Assembly (NCBI GenBank): GCA_964036045.1
Contig: OZ038379.1
Coordinates: 3,100,001 to 3,164,000, forward strand
Source: Eutreptiella sp. 'Long Island Sound 2002'
Taxonomy: Eukaryota > Protista > Euglenida
DNA length: 64,000 bases
Reading direction: 5' to 3'
The notes under the pieces were generated by a model, which worked only from the letters and a program-made list of their open reading frames with translations, made no database searches and had not been told where the DNA came from. Both the position numbers and the translations under genes were made by a program. Below, one piece after another: positions 1 to 14,600 of the stretch (position 1 is the first letter of the stretch; each line of letters begins with the position of its first letter).

Positions 1-812
1 AACCGGTGCCACTGGCCGGCAACAGTGAGTTCCGGCGGCTCGTGGGTGCCACCAAATCACTCGTGAATGGCTGTGCTGCACCTGCTACCTGTAGCCAAAA
101 GTACTCCAATCGGCCCAAGCTGAGTCTCCGTACTTTTTCAACATACATATTCTCCACCGAAGGGGTCGGATACTTAGTCTCACCTCTCCAGAATGGCCAT
201 GAGTCCACGAGTGGCAGTGCATACACAATGTCATTCCAAGCCTCCCTCCAGGCTACCGGGCAGACGCTGATGGGGTGTCTAGAAACGGCCCCTCGTGGTC
301 CAACGGGCTTCCCACTTTGTTGCTCATGCGCTTTTTTCCGATCCCACAAGTCAGAGGCCACCTTACGGTAACACACAACAGCACCACCATCCTCTCTTGT
401 GCTTTTTGGACTGCCCTCTTGGGTGAACATAAGGCGGCTCAGTGCTGCAAGTCCATGGGTATGGACGACATCCATGGCACATGCTGCCATGTGCCGTGCC
501 AACTTCCTATAATAGATAGCCTCTTGTTCAGGTGGGGCACTCCAACCTGTCTGACCCAGGGCTAGCCGAAAGCTCATTTTCATCTGAGCTGCCTCCATGG
601 TGTCCCTCGGGGGCCATTCACAATGCTCGGCCATCTACAGCAGGCTGCCTCACAACTGTTAAAGGTTGTGGCTTCTTTCGTGGGCCATAAGGTGCAGGTC
701 GGTGGGCACTTGTTGGTGACCACAATTCAGGCGGGCAATCCGGTCCTGGACCCCGATACTCGAAGTGGTAGGCCGCTTCCTGCTTGGGTTCTTGTGCAGG
801 CCCACTTGATGC

Positions 813-1165
813 CAGTGGGTGGGCTTAGAGATGAACAACAACCCCGGTCAAGGCGCAGCGGCCAGGGACCAAGGGCAAACTCCTGTGGCTCGGTGGCCAG
901 CAGTGGGTGGGTTGGGAGATGAACGATGAACCTGGTCGGGGCGCTATGGCCAGGGACCAAGGGTGAACTCCTGCGGCTCGGCGTCCTGCAGTAGGATGGT
1001 TGAGAGATGAGCGACGACCCTGATCGGGGGGCTGTGGCCAGGTACCAGGGGCCAACTCCTGCGGCTCGGCGGCCTGCAGGAGGTGGGTTGGGAGATGGGC
1101 AACGACCCTGATCAAGGCGATGTGGCCAGGGACCAAGGGCCAACTCCTGCAGCTCACTGGCTAGC
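813..1165 (-). repeat. 88-bp tandem repeat (~4 units), inverted relative of the array at 17700-18030
   Basis: GAGATG anchor at 828, 916, 1004, 1092 (exact 88-bp period); unit is the reverse complement of the CCCAACCCACCTACTGC...GAGCCGCAGGAGTTGGCCC unit at 17.7-18.0 kb. Confidence 0.9.
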
Positions 1166-1274
1166 AGAGGAGAGGTACATGGGTCCCAAACGCCGAGGTC
1201 GAGAGCACATATTATTTCTTCACGTGACCGGTGAAGTAGGTGACAGAAAGGGAGCATGGGGCAACAAGGACCAC

Positions 1275-2220
1275 GTATGAGATATTCCACGGAGGGGGTT
1301 AAAAATTCCACGGAGGTACCAAATATTCCACGGAGGGGGTGAAAAATTCAACGGAGGTAATTAATATTCCACGGAGGGGGTTAAACATTCCACGGAGGTA
1401 TCAAATATTCCACGGATGAGGTTCAATATTCCGTGGAGGTATCAAATATTCCACAGAGGGGGTTAAATATTCCACGGTGGTATGAAATATTCCACGGAGG
1501 TACGAAATATTCCACGGAGGGGGTTAAATATTACACGGAGGTATCAAATATTCCACGGAGGGGGAGAAATATTACACGGAGGTATCAAATATTCCACGGA
1601 GGGGGTTAAACATTCCACGAAGGTATCAAAATTTCCACTGAGGGGGTTAAATATTCCACGGAGGTATCAAATATCCCACAGAGGGGGTGAAAGATTCCAC
1701 GGAGGTATGAAATATTCCACGGAGGGGGTGAAATATTCCACGGAGGTATCAAATATTCCACGGAGGGGGTTAAATATTCCACGGAGGTATCAAATATTCC
1801 ACGGAGGTATGAAATATTCCAAGGAGGGGGTTAAATATTCCACGGCAGCATCTAATATTACACCGGGGGGGTGAGATATTCCACGGAGGTATCTAATATT
1901 CCACGGAGGGGGTTAAACATTCCACAGAGGTATGAATTATTCCACGGAGGGGGTTAAATATTCCAAAGAGGTACTTAATATTCCACGGAGGGGGTTAAAT
2001 ATTCAACAGAGGTATCAAATATTCCACGGAAGGGGTGAAATATTCAACGGAGGTATCAAATATTCCACGGAGGGGGTTAAATATTCCACGGAGGCATCTA
2101 ATATTCCACGGAGGGGGTTAAATATTCCAGGGAGGTATGGAATGATCCGAGGAGGGGGTTAAATATTCCACAGGGGTATCAAATATTCCACGGAGGGGGT
2201 TCAATATTCCACGGAGGTAT
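1275..2220. repeat. Satellite block 1, 20/21-bp units AAATATTCCACGGAGGTAT(C/G) and AAATATTCCACGGAGGGGGTT
   Basis: Continuous tandem copies read directly from sequence. Confidence 0.98.
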
Positions 2221-2221
2221 A

Positions 2222-2986
2222 TGCGTCACAAAAAATCCCGGTCACAGATTGAGCCACGCAGGGCACCAGGAGGCAAGCAGGACAACCCTTCCAGAGAGGC
2301 ATTCAATGCAAACCATTGCATACTCCAATAAACAGTTTTTTTTGGGTTCTGGGTAGTCCACCAGGGTTCTTATTCACTGTCACTGTGCACCAGGGTTCTT
2401 ATTCACTGTCACTGTCACTGTCAGTACCACTTTCCTCGTCACTGACAGTGAGGGCGCTTGAGCTGGAGGGATCTGTGGAGATGCTTCCGAAAGAGGACAG
2501 GGAGCTGCCTGAATCTGCAACCTGTCCCAGCCGCAACAACAGCACCAGCACCCACCAGAGCTGCACCCACAGCACCCACAGCCAGAGCAATTGCTGCGGC
2601 GCGACGGGCTGCACGGCTCCTTTTTTGTCGACATGCCGCGGCAGAAACACACGGCGGATCACACTGACATTCCACTTTCTTTCGACCCATGACAGAACTG
2701 TGACAAAGGCTGTCGGAAGGATGCAGCAGACGAATTGTCAGTCTTAGGAGCCTACAGAGAACACAGTGTCAGTTGACACCGCGTCTCATCTCTATGCTGC
2801 GCATGCAATCAGAATGTCACAGAAAACAGCAAGGTTAGAAGCACAGACATGACTATTCAGCAACCTGCCCACATGCCCTCAGAAAATACCACTGCCCTCA
2901 GGAAGTACCACAGAGCCTTTTGGGTGTCACAATATTTTCAGAAAAGCTGTTTTCCCACTATGGCCTATTGTATTTTTTGTGACACG
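2222..2986. mobile_element. Possible non-autonomous TIR element at the left edge of the insert that interrupts the satellite
   Basis: GTCACAAAAAAT at ~2225 and its reverse complement ATTTTTTGTGAC at ~2972; extra GTCACA motifs near both ends; no clean TSD. Confidence 0.4.
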
Positions 2987-5658
2987 TCACAATTCACTAC
3001 CCCCCCCCCCCCTACCCCCACCCCCTGAGTGGCGCACAAATTAGATCCATCCCTGACCGTAACGCGAAATTCTGGGCAAAAAACATGTGTGGCGAATGTG
3101 GCCACACGGTGGGTGGTAAAGGTCTCGGAACCCTTCGAAGAGGGTACGGGTTCCCCTGCACACCCAACAAGTCGTCTCGCTTCCAAATGTGCACGGCAAA
3201 CACGAAACAACCGCACAAACCTCGGCATCGATGAAGTTGTTGCCATCAACTTGCTTGAACCCTCCTCCTTTTCCATTTTGAGGGTTCTTGAACCTACTCT
3301 CGGCGATTTGTCCTGCCGCATGTGGGTAGCATGGGTGAAGTGAAACCAAACCGTCGCATGAGGACAGGATGAAATGTGTCCTCTCGTTCGTAAATTACAC
3401 GTTGCATGCAGCGTAGGTGGGATCGTCGGGCTGTTTTGGAAATTCGGCCAAATGGTTCTCTTCAGCAACCCAACGTGGATGTGAGTAGGTGGCCTCGAAT
3501 GGAATACCCATCCACCAACATTCCAATCCCACATACCTTGAAGGGAGTAGCTGATAGCGAAGTCCTCTTGATCGGTGTTGCATTCATTGAAATTGATGGT
3601 CGTTTCTTAAGGGTAATAGCAATGTTAGGAGCTTCTGTTGAAGCTTGCTTGCCCAATTGCGCAATGGAAGTAGGAGTTTCCGTCGTGGAGCGCCGTGAGG
3701 CTAGCGCCGAAGCCTTTGGGGCCACGGAAGATTTGTTCAAACTCGTCGCGTGTGTTTTGCCTGACGGGGTTTGAGAAACCGGACTTGCCTTTGAGCGGTT
3801 CGTTGGCGTCAAATCGGAACGCCTAAGGAGGGGTTGCAAGAGTATGGAATCCGCGAGTGGGTGGCGAAACATTTGCAAACTGCACCCAACGCAAGGCTCA
3901 CGTGCGGACATTGGCAAATAAAGGTAAAGCATGTCAACGTGTTTCCCATTTGGCAAATGGTAACGGAATGAAGCTGAGACTGCAAGATGCGTGGTGCACA
4001 AACCTTTTGTGTTCATTAGCGTTGGAGCCCGCACCAAGGTGACCCTTCGTTGCCTTGCCCGAAGGTTTCATGTCACATGATGCAGCAGCGGTGGTTGGTC
4101 GAATCGGCTTTCGCAAACTCATGGGAACAAGCAAAAGACATGCAACTGGACGATGAAACCATAAGACTAGCTCACATGCACCAGAGTGCTCGTCACAATC
4201 TGAATAAACACGCGAGGGCACGATAGAGATCAATCTATTTGCACCGCCATCAACGATGCTGGGCTTCACACTGTTTCATGTGTGTCCGGCGCATCTTGCG
4301 TCATAATGAAATCACAACGACGTCAAATACAATAGCTGCATGCATCCCATCGTCCACAATCACATGCGCTCGGATGCCGAGAAGCGCATATTCATGTTGC
4401 ACTCTTCATGGGCTCGACACACAGAGCAACAACCGCGTCGGCGCACATGACAAGGGTGGTGGCTTCTTTATCGACCGTGCATCCAATCCACTTATGAACA
4501 ATCTTGGCGAGCACACAAAGCACAGGCACCAGGCACTTTAATGAACGAAGTGGCAAAGCCCGAGCCGAAGGGGTGCCCACAAAACCCACAAAACACGCAC
4601 ATTGACTGGTTGTCTCAATGCATCACCACGACACCTCGGGAACGACAACACTAAGCGGAAAGTGATCTAGTATGGGTCACCAGGCTTTCCAAAAAATAGC
4701 ATGGCACGGGGGATTTTGCCCCCCCCCCTCCGTCCCCATACCTCCTAGAGCGATGGCTTTTGAAGTATGGAAAATTGCCTAGCAGACAAAGCAAAGGTAC
4801 CTGCACACAAAGAGGCGAAAAAGTTTATGGAAAATTCCTAGTTCGTCAGTGTAAATTGGAGTTCAAAGCATAATCCAAAAGAGGGGACAAAGAGCCATGA
4901 ATGCATATTCGACTATGGCTTCCCTATGTACATTGCAATTGCAAGAGGATTCAACGAGGCCAAAATCACGATTCAAACTCAAGTGTGCATTTCATCGGAA
5001 AAATCATTTGCTAGGTCGTCATGCGATGGCACGACACGCCCCTCCCCCCTTCTTGAGGTGTAGCACGGCACACCTGGGCGCTTTGAGACTCCCACCCCCA
5101 ATCCCGAGCACATAGCGAAGCCCTTTGGCCAAAAACCAAGGCTCATGCCATGCCTAGGACGGCCAAGCCTTGTCGGCTAGGTGGGAACTTCACACAACGA
5201 CGATTGCTTTGTGGGAAACTTGATTAGAACACAAATTTTGGACTTGCTTTGACATTGCAGTCCTGCGCTATTTTCGCATCAAGACAACACAAGTTGGTGT
5301 TACCAACAAATTGGTCCATGAATATGGCAACTTGCCCAAAACGGCAGAATTAGATACTAGAACTACGCTGGTTGATGAAAAAACGCAATGTGCTAACACT
5401 ATCTTAGGCCTAACTTCGGCATCTCCCACAGTTCGCCCAATCAAGAACATGAATACCTTTGCGCATAGCTGCTTGTCAAAGTCGACGTTACATTTGCTAT
5501 TAATGGACACCTTCAACTCATGCCACCAAAACCTGTTTGCAAACTTCAGTGGGATGTGGTGGAAAGATTCCCACGGAAAGATAAGTTTCCTTTCGTTGCT
5601 TGTTATTCGCTACATGAAAACAGGCAACAACGAAAATGCGCCAAGCCGTTTACCAAAG

Positions 5659-8600
5659 TCCACGGAGGTATGAAATATTCCACGAAGGGGGTTAAATATT
5701 CCACAGAGGTATAAAATATTCCACGGAGGGGGTTAAATATTCCACGGAGGTATGAAATATTCCACGGCGGGGGTTAAATATTCCACGGAGGTACGAAATA
5801 TTCCACGGAGGGGGTCAAATATTCCACAGAGGTATCGAATATTCCACGGAGGGGGTGAAAGATTCCACAGAGGTATGAAATATTCCACAGAGGGGGTTAA
5901 ATATTCCACGGAGGTATCAAACTTTCCACGGAGGGGGTTAAATATTCCACGGAGGCATCTAATATTCCACGGAGGGGGTGAAATATTCAACGGAGGTATG
6001 AAATATTCCACGGAGGGGGTGAAATATTCCACGGAGGTATGAAATATTCCACGGTGGGGGTTAAATATTACACGGAGGTATCGATTTTTTCCACAGAGGG
6101 GGTTAAACATTCCACGGAGGTATCAAATATTCCACGCAAAGGGTCAAATATTCCACAGAGGTATCAAATATTCCACGGAGGGAGTGAAAGACTCCACGGA
6201 GGTATGAAATATTCCACGGAGGGGGTTAAATATTCCACAGAGGTATCAAATATTCCATGGAGGTATGAAATATTCCACGGAGGGGGTTAAATATTCCATG
6301 GAGGTATCAAATATTCCACGGAGGGGGTTAAATATTCAACGGAGGCATCTAATATTCCAAGGAGGGGGTTAAATATTACACGGAGGTATCAAACATTCCA
6401 CAGAGGGGGTTAAATATTCCACGGAGGTATCAAATATTCCACGCAGAGGGTCAAATATTCCACAGAGGTATCAAATATTCCACGGAGGGAGTGAAAGATT
6501 CCAAGGAGGTATGAAATATTCCACAGAGGGGGTTAAATATTCCACGGAGGGGATTAAATATTCCACGGAGGTATCAAATATTCCACGGTGGGGGTTAAAT
6601 ATTCCACGGAGGTATGAAATATTCCACGGAGGTATGAAATATTCCACGGAGGGGGTGAAATATTCCACGGAGGGGGTTAAATATTCCACGGAGGGGGTCA
6701 AATATTCCACGGAGGTATGAAATATTCCACGGAGGTATCAAATATTCCACGGAGGGGATTAAATATTCCACGGAGGTATCAAATTTTCCACGGAGGGGTT
6801 TAAATATTCCACGGAGGCATCTAATATTCCACGGAGGGGGTTAAATATTCCGAGGAGGGGGTTAAATATTCCACGAAGGTGTGAAATGTTCCACGCAGGT
6901 ATCAAATATTCCACGGAGGGGATTAAATATTCCACGGAGGTATCAAATTTTCCACGGAGGGGTTTAAATATTCCACGGAGGCATCTAATATTCCACGGAG
7001 GGGGTGAAATATTCCACGGAGGTATCAAATATTCAACAGAGGGGGTTAAACATTCCGCGGAGGTATCAAATATTCCACGCAGAGGGTCAAATATTCCACA
7101 GAGGTATCAAATATTCCACGGAGGGAGTGAAAGATTCCAAGGAGGTATGAAATATTCCACAGAGGGGGTTAAATATTCCACGGAGGGGATTAAATATTCC
7201 ACGGAGGTATCAAATATTCCACGGTGGGGGTTAAATATTCCACGGAGGTATGAAATATTCCACGGAGGTATGAAATATTCCACGGAGGGGGTTAAATATT
7301 CCACGGAGGTATGAAATATTCCACGGAGGGGGTCAAATATTCCACGGAGGTATGAAATATTCCACGGAGGTATCAAATATTCCACGGAGGGGATTAAATA
7401 TTCCACGGAGGTATCAAATTTTCCACGGAGGGGTTTAAATATTCCACGGAGGCATCTAATATTCCACAGAGGGGGTTAAATATTCCGAGGAGGGGGTTAA
7501 ATATTCCACGGAGGGGGTGAAATATTCCACGAAGGTGTGAAATGTTCCACGCAGGTATCAAATATTCCACGGAGGGGATTAAATATTCCACGGAGGTATC
7601 AAATTTTCCACGGAGGGGTTTAAATATTCCACGGAGGCATCTAATATTCCACGGAGGGGGTGAAATATTCCACGGAGGTATCAAATATTCAACAGAGGGG
7701 GTTAAACATTCCGCGGAGGTATCAAATATTCAACGGAGAGGGTCAAATGTTCCACAGAGGTATGAAATATTCCACGGAGGGGGTCAAATAGTCCACAGAG
7801 GTATCGAATATTCCACGGAGGCGGTGAAAGATTCCACAGAGGAGTGAAATATTCCACAGAGGGGGTTAAATATTCCACGAAAGTATCAAACTTTCCACGG
7901 AGGGGGTTAAATATTCCACGGAGGGGGTGAAATATTCCACGGAGGTATCAAATATTCAACGGAGGCGGTGAAATATTCCACGGAGGTATGAAATATTCCA
8001 CGGTGGGGGTTAAATATTACACGGAGGTATCAAATATTCCACAGAGGGGGTTAAATATTCCACGGAGGTATCAAATATTCCACGGAGGGGGTTAAATATT
8101 CCACGGAGGTATCAAATATTCCATGGAGGTATGAAATATTCCACGGAGGGGGTTGAATATTCCATGGAGGTATCAAATATTCCACGGAGGGGGTTAAATA
8201 TTCGACGGAGGCATCTAATATTCCAAGGAGGGGGTTAAATATTACACGGAGGTATCAAATCTTCCACAGAGGGGGTTAAATATTCCACGGAGGTATCAAA
8301 TATTCCACGGAGGGGGTTAAATATTCCACGGAGGTATCAAATATTCCATGGAGGTATGAAATATTCCACGGAGGGGGTTAAATATTCCATGGAGGTATGA
8401 AATATTCCACGGAGGGGGTGAAATATTCCATGGAGGTATCAAATATTCCACGGAGGTATCAAATATTCAACGGAGGGGGTGAAATATTCCACGGAGGTAT
8501 GAAATATTCCACGGAGGGGGTTAAATATTACACGGAGGTATCAAATATTCCACGGAGGGGGTTAAATATTCCACGGAGGTATCAAATATTCCACGGAGGT

Positions 8601-11600
8601 ATCAAATATTCCACAGAGGGGGTTAAAGATTCCACGGAGGTATCAAATATTCCACGCAAAGGGTCAAATATTCCACAGAGGTATCAAATATTCCACGGAG
8701 GGAGTGAAAGACTCCACGGAGGTATCAAATCTTCCACAGAGGGGGTTAAATATTCCACGGAGGTATCAAATATTCCACGGAGGGGGTTAAATATTCCACG
8801 GAGGTATCAAATATTCCATGGAGGTATGAAATATTCCACGGAGGGGGTTAAATATTCCATGGAGGTATGAAATATTCCACGGAGGGATTAAATATTCCAT
8901 GGAGGTATGAAATATTCCACGGAGGGGGTTAAATATTCCACGGAGGTATCAAACATTCCACGGAGGGGGTTAAATATTCCATGGAGGTATCAAATTTTCC
9001 ATGGAGGTATGAAATATTCCACAGAGGGGGTTAAATATTCCACGGAGGTATCAAACATTCCACACAGAGGGTCAATCATTCCACACAGGTATCAAAAATT
9101 CCACGGAGGGAGTGAAAGATTCCAAGGAGGTATGAAATATTCCACGGAGGGGGTTAAATATTCCACGGAGGTATCAAATATTCCACGGAGGGGGTGAAAT
9201 ATTCCACGGAGGTATGAAATATTCCACGGAGGTATCAAATATTCCACGGAGGGGATTAAATATTCCACGGAGGTATCAAATTTTCCACGGAGGGGTTTAA
9301 ATATTCCACGGAGGCATCTAATATTCCACGGAGGGGGTGAAATATTCCACGGAGGTATCAAATATCCCACAGAGGGGGTTAAACATTCCGCAGAGGTATC
9401 AAATATTCCACGGTGAGGGTCAAATGATCCACAGAGGTATGAAATATTCCACGGAGGGGGTTAGATTTTCCACGGAGGTATGAAATATTTCACGCAGGGG
9501 GTTAAATATTCCACGGAGGTATCAAATATCCCACGGAGGGGGTCAAATATTCCACAGAGGTATCGAATATTCCACGGAGGCGGTGAAAGATTCCACAGAG
9601 GTATGAAATATTCCACAGAGGGGGTTAAATATTCCACGAAAGTATCAAACTTTCCACGGAGGGGGTTAAATATTCCACGGAGGGGGTGAAATATTCCACG
9701 GAGGTATCAAATATTCCACGGAGGGGGTTAAATATTCCACGGAGGTATCAAATATTCCACGGAGGGGGTGAAATATTCCACGAAGGTGTGAAATATTCCC
9801 CAGGTATCAAATATTCCACGGAGGGGATTAAATATTCCACGGAGGTATCAAATTTTCCACGGAGGGGTTTAAATATTCCACGGAGGCATCTAATATTCCA
9901 CGGAGGGGGTGAAATATTCCACGGAGGTATCAAATATTCAACAGAGGGAGTTAAACATTCCGCGGAGGTATCAAATATTCCACGGTGAGGGTCAAATGTT
10001 CCACAGAGGTATGAAATATTCCACGGAGGGGGTTAAAAGTTTCCACGGAGGTATGAAATATTTCACGGAGGGGGTTAAATGTTCCACGGAGGTATCAACT
10101 ATTCCACGGATGGGGTCAAATATTCCACAGAGGTATCGAATATTCCACGGAGGCGGTGAAAGATTCCACAGAGGTATGAAATATTCCACAGAGGGGGTTA
10201 GATATTCCACGAAAGTATCAAACTTTCCACGGAGGGGGTTAAATATTCCACGGAGGGGGTGAAATATTCCACGGAGGTATCAAATATTCAACGGAGGGGG
10301 TGGAATATTCCACAGAGGTATGAAATATTCCAAGGTGGGGGTTAAATATTACACGGAGGTATCAAATATTCCACGGAGGGGGTTAAACATTCCACGGAGG
10401 TATCAAATATTCCAAGCAAAGGGTCAAATATTCCACGGAGGTATCAAATATTCCACGGAGGGAGTGAAAGACTCCACGGAGATATGAAATATTCCACAGA
10501 GGGGGTTAAATATACCACGGAGGTATCAAATATTCCACGGAGGGGGTTAAATATTCCACGGAGGTATCAAATATTCCATGGAGGTATGAAATATTCCACG
10601 GAGGGGGTTGAAAATCCCTGGAGGTATCAAATATTCCACGGAGGGGGTTAAATATTCGACGGAGGCATCTAATATTCCAAGGAGGGGGGTCAAAATTACA
10701 CGGAGGTATCAAATATTCCACAGAGGGGGTTAAACATTCCACGGAGGTATCAAACATTCCACACAGAGGGTCAAATATTCCACACAGGTATCAAAAATTA
10801 CACGGAGGGAGTGAAAGATTCCAAGGAGGTATGAAATATTCCACGGAGGGGGTTAAACATTCCACGGAGGTATCAAATATTCCACGGAGGGGGTGAAATA
10901 TTCCACGGAGGTATGAAATATTCCACGGAGGTATCAAATATTCCACGGAGGGGATTAAATATTCCACGGAGGTATCAAATTTTCCGGGGAGGGGTTTAAA
11001 TATTCCACGGAGGCATCTAATATTCCACGGAGGGGGTGAAATATTCCACGGAGGTATCAAATATCGCACAGAGGGGGTCAAATGATCCACGGAGGTATGA
11101 AATATTCCACGGAGGGGGTTAAATATTCCACGGAGGTATGAAATATTTCACGGAGGGGGTTAAATATTCCACGGAGGTATCAAATATTCCACGGAGGGGT
11201 CAAATATTCCACAGAGGTATCGAATATTCCACGGAGGCGGTGAAAGATTCCACAGATGTATGAAATTTTCCACAGAGGGGGTTAAATATTCCACGGAGGT
11301 ATCAAATTTTCCACGGAGGGGGTTAAATATTCCACGGAGGCATCTAATATTCCACGGAGGGGGTGAAATATTCCACGGAGGTATGAAATATTCCACGGAG
11401 GGGGTGAAATATTCCACGGAGGTATGAAATATTCCACGGAGGGGGTGAAATATTCCACGGAGGTATCAAATATTCCACGGTGGGGGTTAAATATTACACG
11501 GAGGTATCAAATATTCCACGGAGGGGGTTAAACATTCCACGGAGGTATCAAAAATTCCACGCAAAGGGTCAAAGGTTCCACAGAGGTATCAAAGATTCCA

Positions 11601-14600
11601 CGGAAGGAGTGAAAGACTCCACGGAGGTATCAAATATTCCACAGAGGGGGTTAAATATTCCACGGAGGTATCAAATATTCCACGGAGGTATCAAATATTA
11701 CACAGAGGGGGTTAAATATTCCACGGAGGTATCAAATATTCCACGGAGGGGGTTAAATATTCGACGTAGGCATCTAATATTCCAAAGAGGGGGTTAAATA
11801 TTACACGGAGGTATCAAATATTCCACGGAGGGGGTTAAACATTCCACGGAGGTATCAAATATTCCACGCAAAGGGTCAAATATTCCACAGAGGTATCAAA
11901 TTTTCCACGGAGGGAGTGAAAGACTCCACGGAGGTATGAAATATTCCACGGAGGGGGTTAAATATTCCACGGAGGTATCAAATATTCCACAGAGGGGGTT
12001 AAATATTCCACGGAGGTATCAAATATTCCATGGAGGTATGAAATATTCCATGGAGGGGGTTAAATATTCCATGGAGGTATCAAATATTCCACGGAGGGGG
12101 TTAAATATTCGACGGAGGCATCTAATGTTCCAAGGGGGGGTTAAATATTACACGGAGGCATCTAATATTCCACGGAGGGCATTAAATTTTCCACAGAGGT
12201 ATCAAACATTCCACACAGAGGGTCAAATATTCCACAGAGGTATCAAAAATTCCACCGAGGGAGTGAAAGATTCCAAGGAGGTATGAAATATTCCACAGAG
12301 GGGGTTAAATATTCCACGGAGGGGATTAAATATTCCACGGAGGTATCAAATTTTCAACGGAGGGGTTTAAATATTCCACGAAGGCATCTAATATTCCACG
12401 GAGGGGGTTAAATATTCCACAGAGGTATCAAATATTCCACGGAGAAGGTTAAATATTCCATGGAGGTATCAAATATTCCACGGAGGGGGTTAAATATTCG
12501 ACGGAGGCATCTAATGTTCCAAGGGGGGGGTTAAATTTTCCACAGAGGTATCAAACATTCCACACAGAGGGTCAAATATTCCACAGAGGTATCAAAATTT
12601 CCACCGAGGGAGTGAAAGATTCCAAGGAGGTATGAAATATTCCACGGAGGGGGTTAAATATTCCACGGAGGTATCAAATATTCCACGGTGGGGGTTAAAT
12701 ATTCCACGGAGGTATGAAATATTCCACGGAGGGGGTTAAATATTCCACGGAGGGGGTAGAATATTCCACGGAGGTATGAAATATTCCACGGAGGTATCAA
12801 ATATTCCACGGAGGGGATTAAATATTGCACAGAGGTATCAAATTTTCCACAGAGGGGTTTAGATATTCCACGGAGGCATCTAATATTCCACGGAGGGGGT
12901 GAAATATTCCACGGAGGTATCAAATATTCCACAGAGGGGGTTAAACATTCCGCGGAGGTATCAAATATTCCACGGAGAGTGTCAAATATTCCATAGAGGT
13001 ATCAAATATTCCACGGAGGGGGTTAAATATTCCATGGAGGTATCAAACTTTCCACGGAGGGGGTTAAATATTCCACGGAGGCATCTAATATTCCACGGAG
13101 GGGGTGAACTATTCCACGGAGGTATGAAATATTCCACGGAGGGGGTGAAATATTCCACGGAGGTATGAAATATTCCACGGTGGGGGTTAAATATTACACG
13201 GAGGTATCAAATATTCCACGGAGGTATCAAACTTTCCACGGAGGGGGTTAAATATTCCACGGAGGCATCTAATATTCCACGGAGGGGGTGAAAGATTCCA
13301 CAGATGTATGAAATATTCCACAGAGAGGGTTAAAAATTCCACGGAGGTATCAAACTTTCCACGGAGGAGGTTAAATATTCCACAGAGGTATCAAATATTC
13401 AACGGAGGGGGTTAAATATTCCATGGAGGTATCAAATATTCCACGGAGGGGGTTAAACATTCCACGCAGGTATCAAATATTCCACGCAAAGGGTCAAATA
13501 TTCCACAGAGGTATCAAATATTCCACGGAGGGAGTGAAAGACTCCACGGAGGTATGAAATATTCCACAGAGGGGGTGAAATATTCCACGGAGGTATCAAA
13601 TATTCCACGGAGGTAGTTAAATATTCCACGGAGGTATCAAATATTCCATGGAGGTATGAAATGTTCCACGGAGGGGGTTAAATATTCCATGGAGGTATCA
13701 AATATTCCACGGAGGGGGTTAAATATTCGACGGAGGCATCTAATACTCCAAGGGGGGGGGTTAAATATTACACGGAGGTATCAAACATTCCAGAGAGGGG
13801 GTTAAATATTCCACGGAGGTATCAAACATTCCACACGGAGGGTCAAATATTCCACAGAGGTATCAAATATTCAACGGAGGGAGTGAAAGATTCCAAGGAG
13901 GTATGAAATATTCCACGGAGGGGGTTAAATATTCCACGGAGGGGGTTAAATATTCCACGGAGGGGTTGAATATTCCACGGAGGGGGTTAAATATTCCACG
14001 GATGGGGTCAAATATTCCACGGAGGTATCAAATATTCCACGGTGGGGGTTCAATATTCCACGGAGGTATGAAATATTCCACGGAGGTATCAAATCTTCCA
14101 CGGAGGGGATTAAATATTCCACGGAGGTATCAAATATTCCACGGTGGGGGTTAAATATTCCACGGAGGGGGTTAAATATTCCACGGAGGGGGTGAAATAT
14201 TCCACGGAGGGGGTTGAATATTCCACGGAGGGGGTTAAATATTCCACGGAGGTATCAAATATTCCACGGAGGTATCAAATATTCCACGGTGGGGGTTAAA
14301 TATTCCACGGAGGTATGAAATATTCCACGGAGGTATCAAATATTCCACGGAGGGGATTAAATATTCCACGGTAGTATCAAATTTTCCACGGAGGGGTTTA
14401 AATATTCCACGGAGGCATCTAATATTCCACGGAGGGGGTTAAATATTCCACGGAGGTATGAAATATTCCACGCTGAGGGTTAAATATTACACGGAGGTAT
14501 CAAATATTCCACAGAGGGGGTTAAACATTCCACGGAGGTATCAAATATTCCACGGAGAGGGTCAAATATTCCACAGAGGTATCAAATATTCCACGGAGGT

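Noticed and set aside
3041-3349. RING-H2 finger (CWVC...CGHIRHTC)
   Set aside because: Ligand spacing is off and the final CxxC is missing; kept only as unassigned relic
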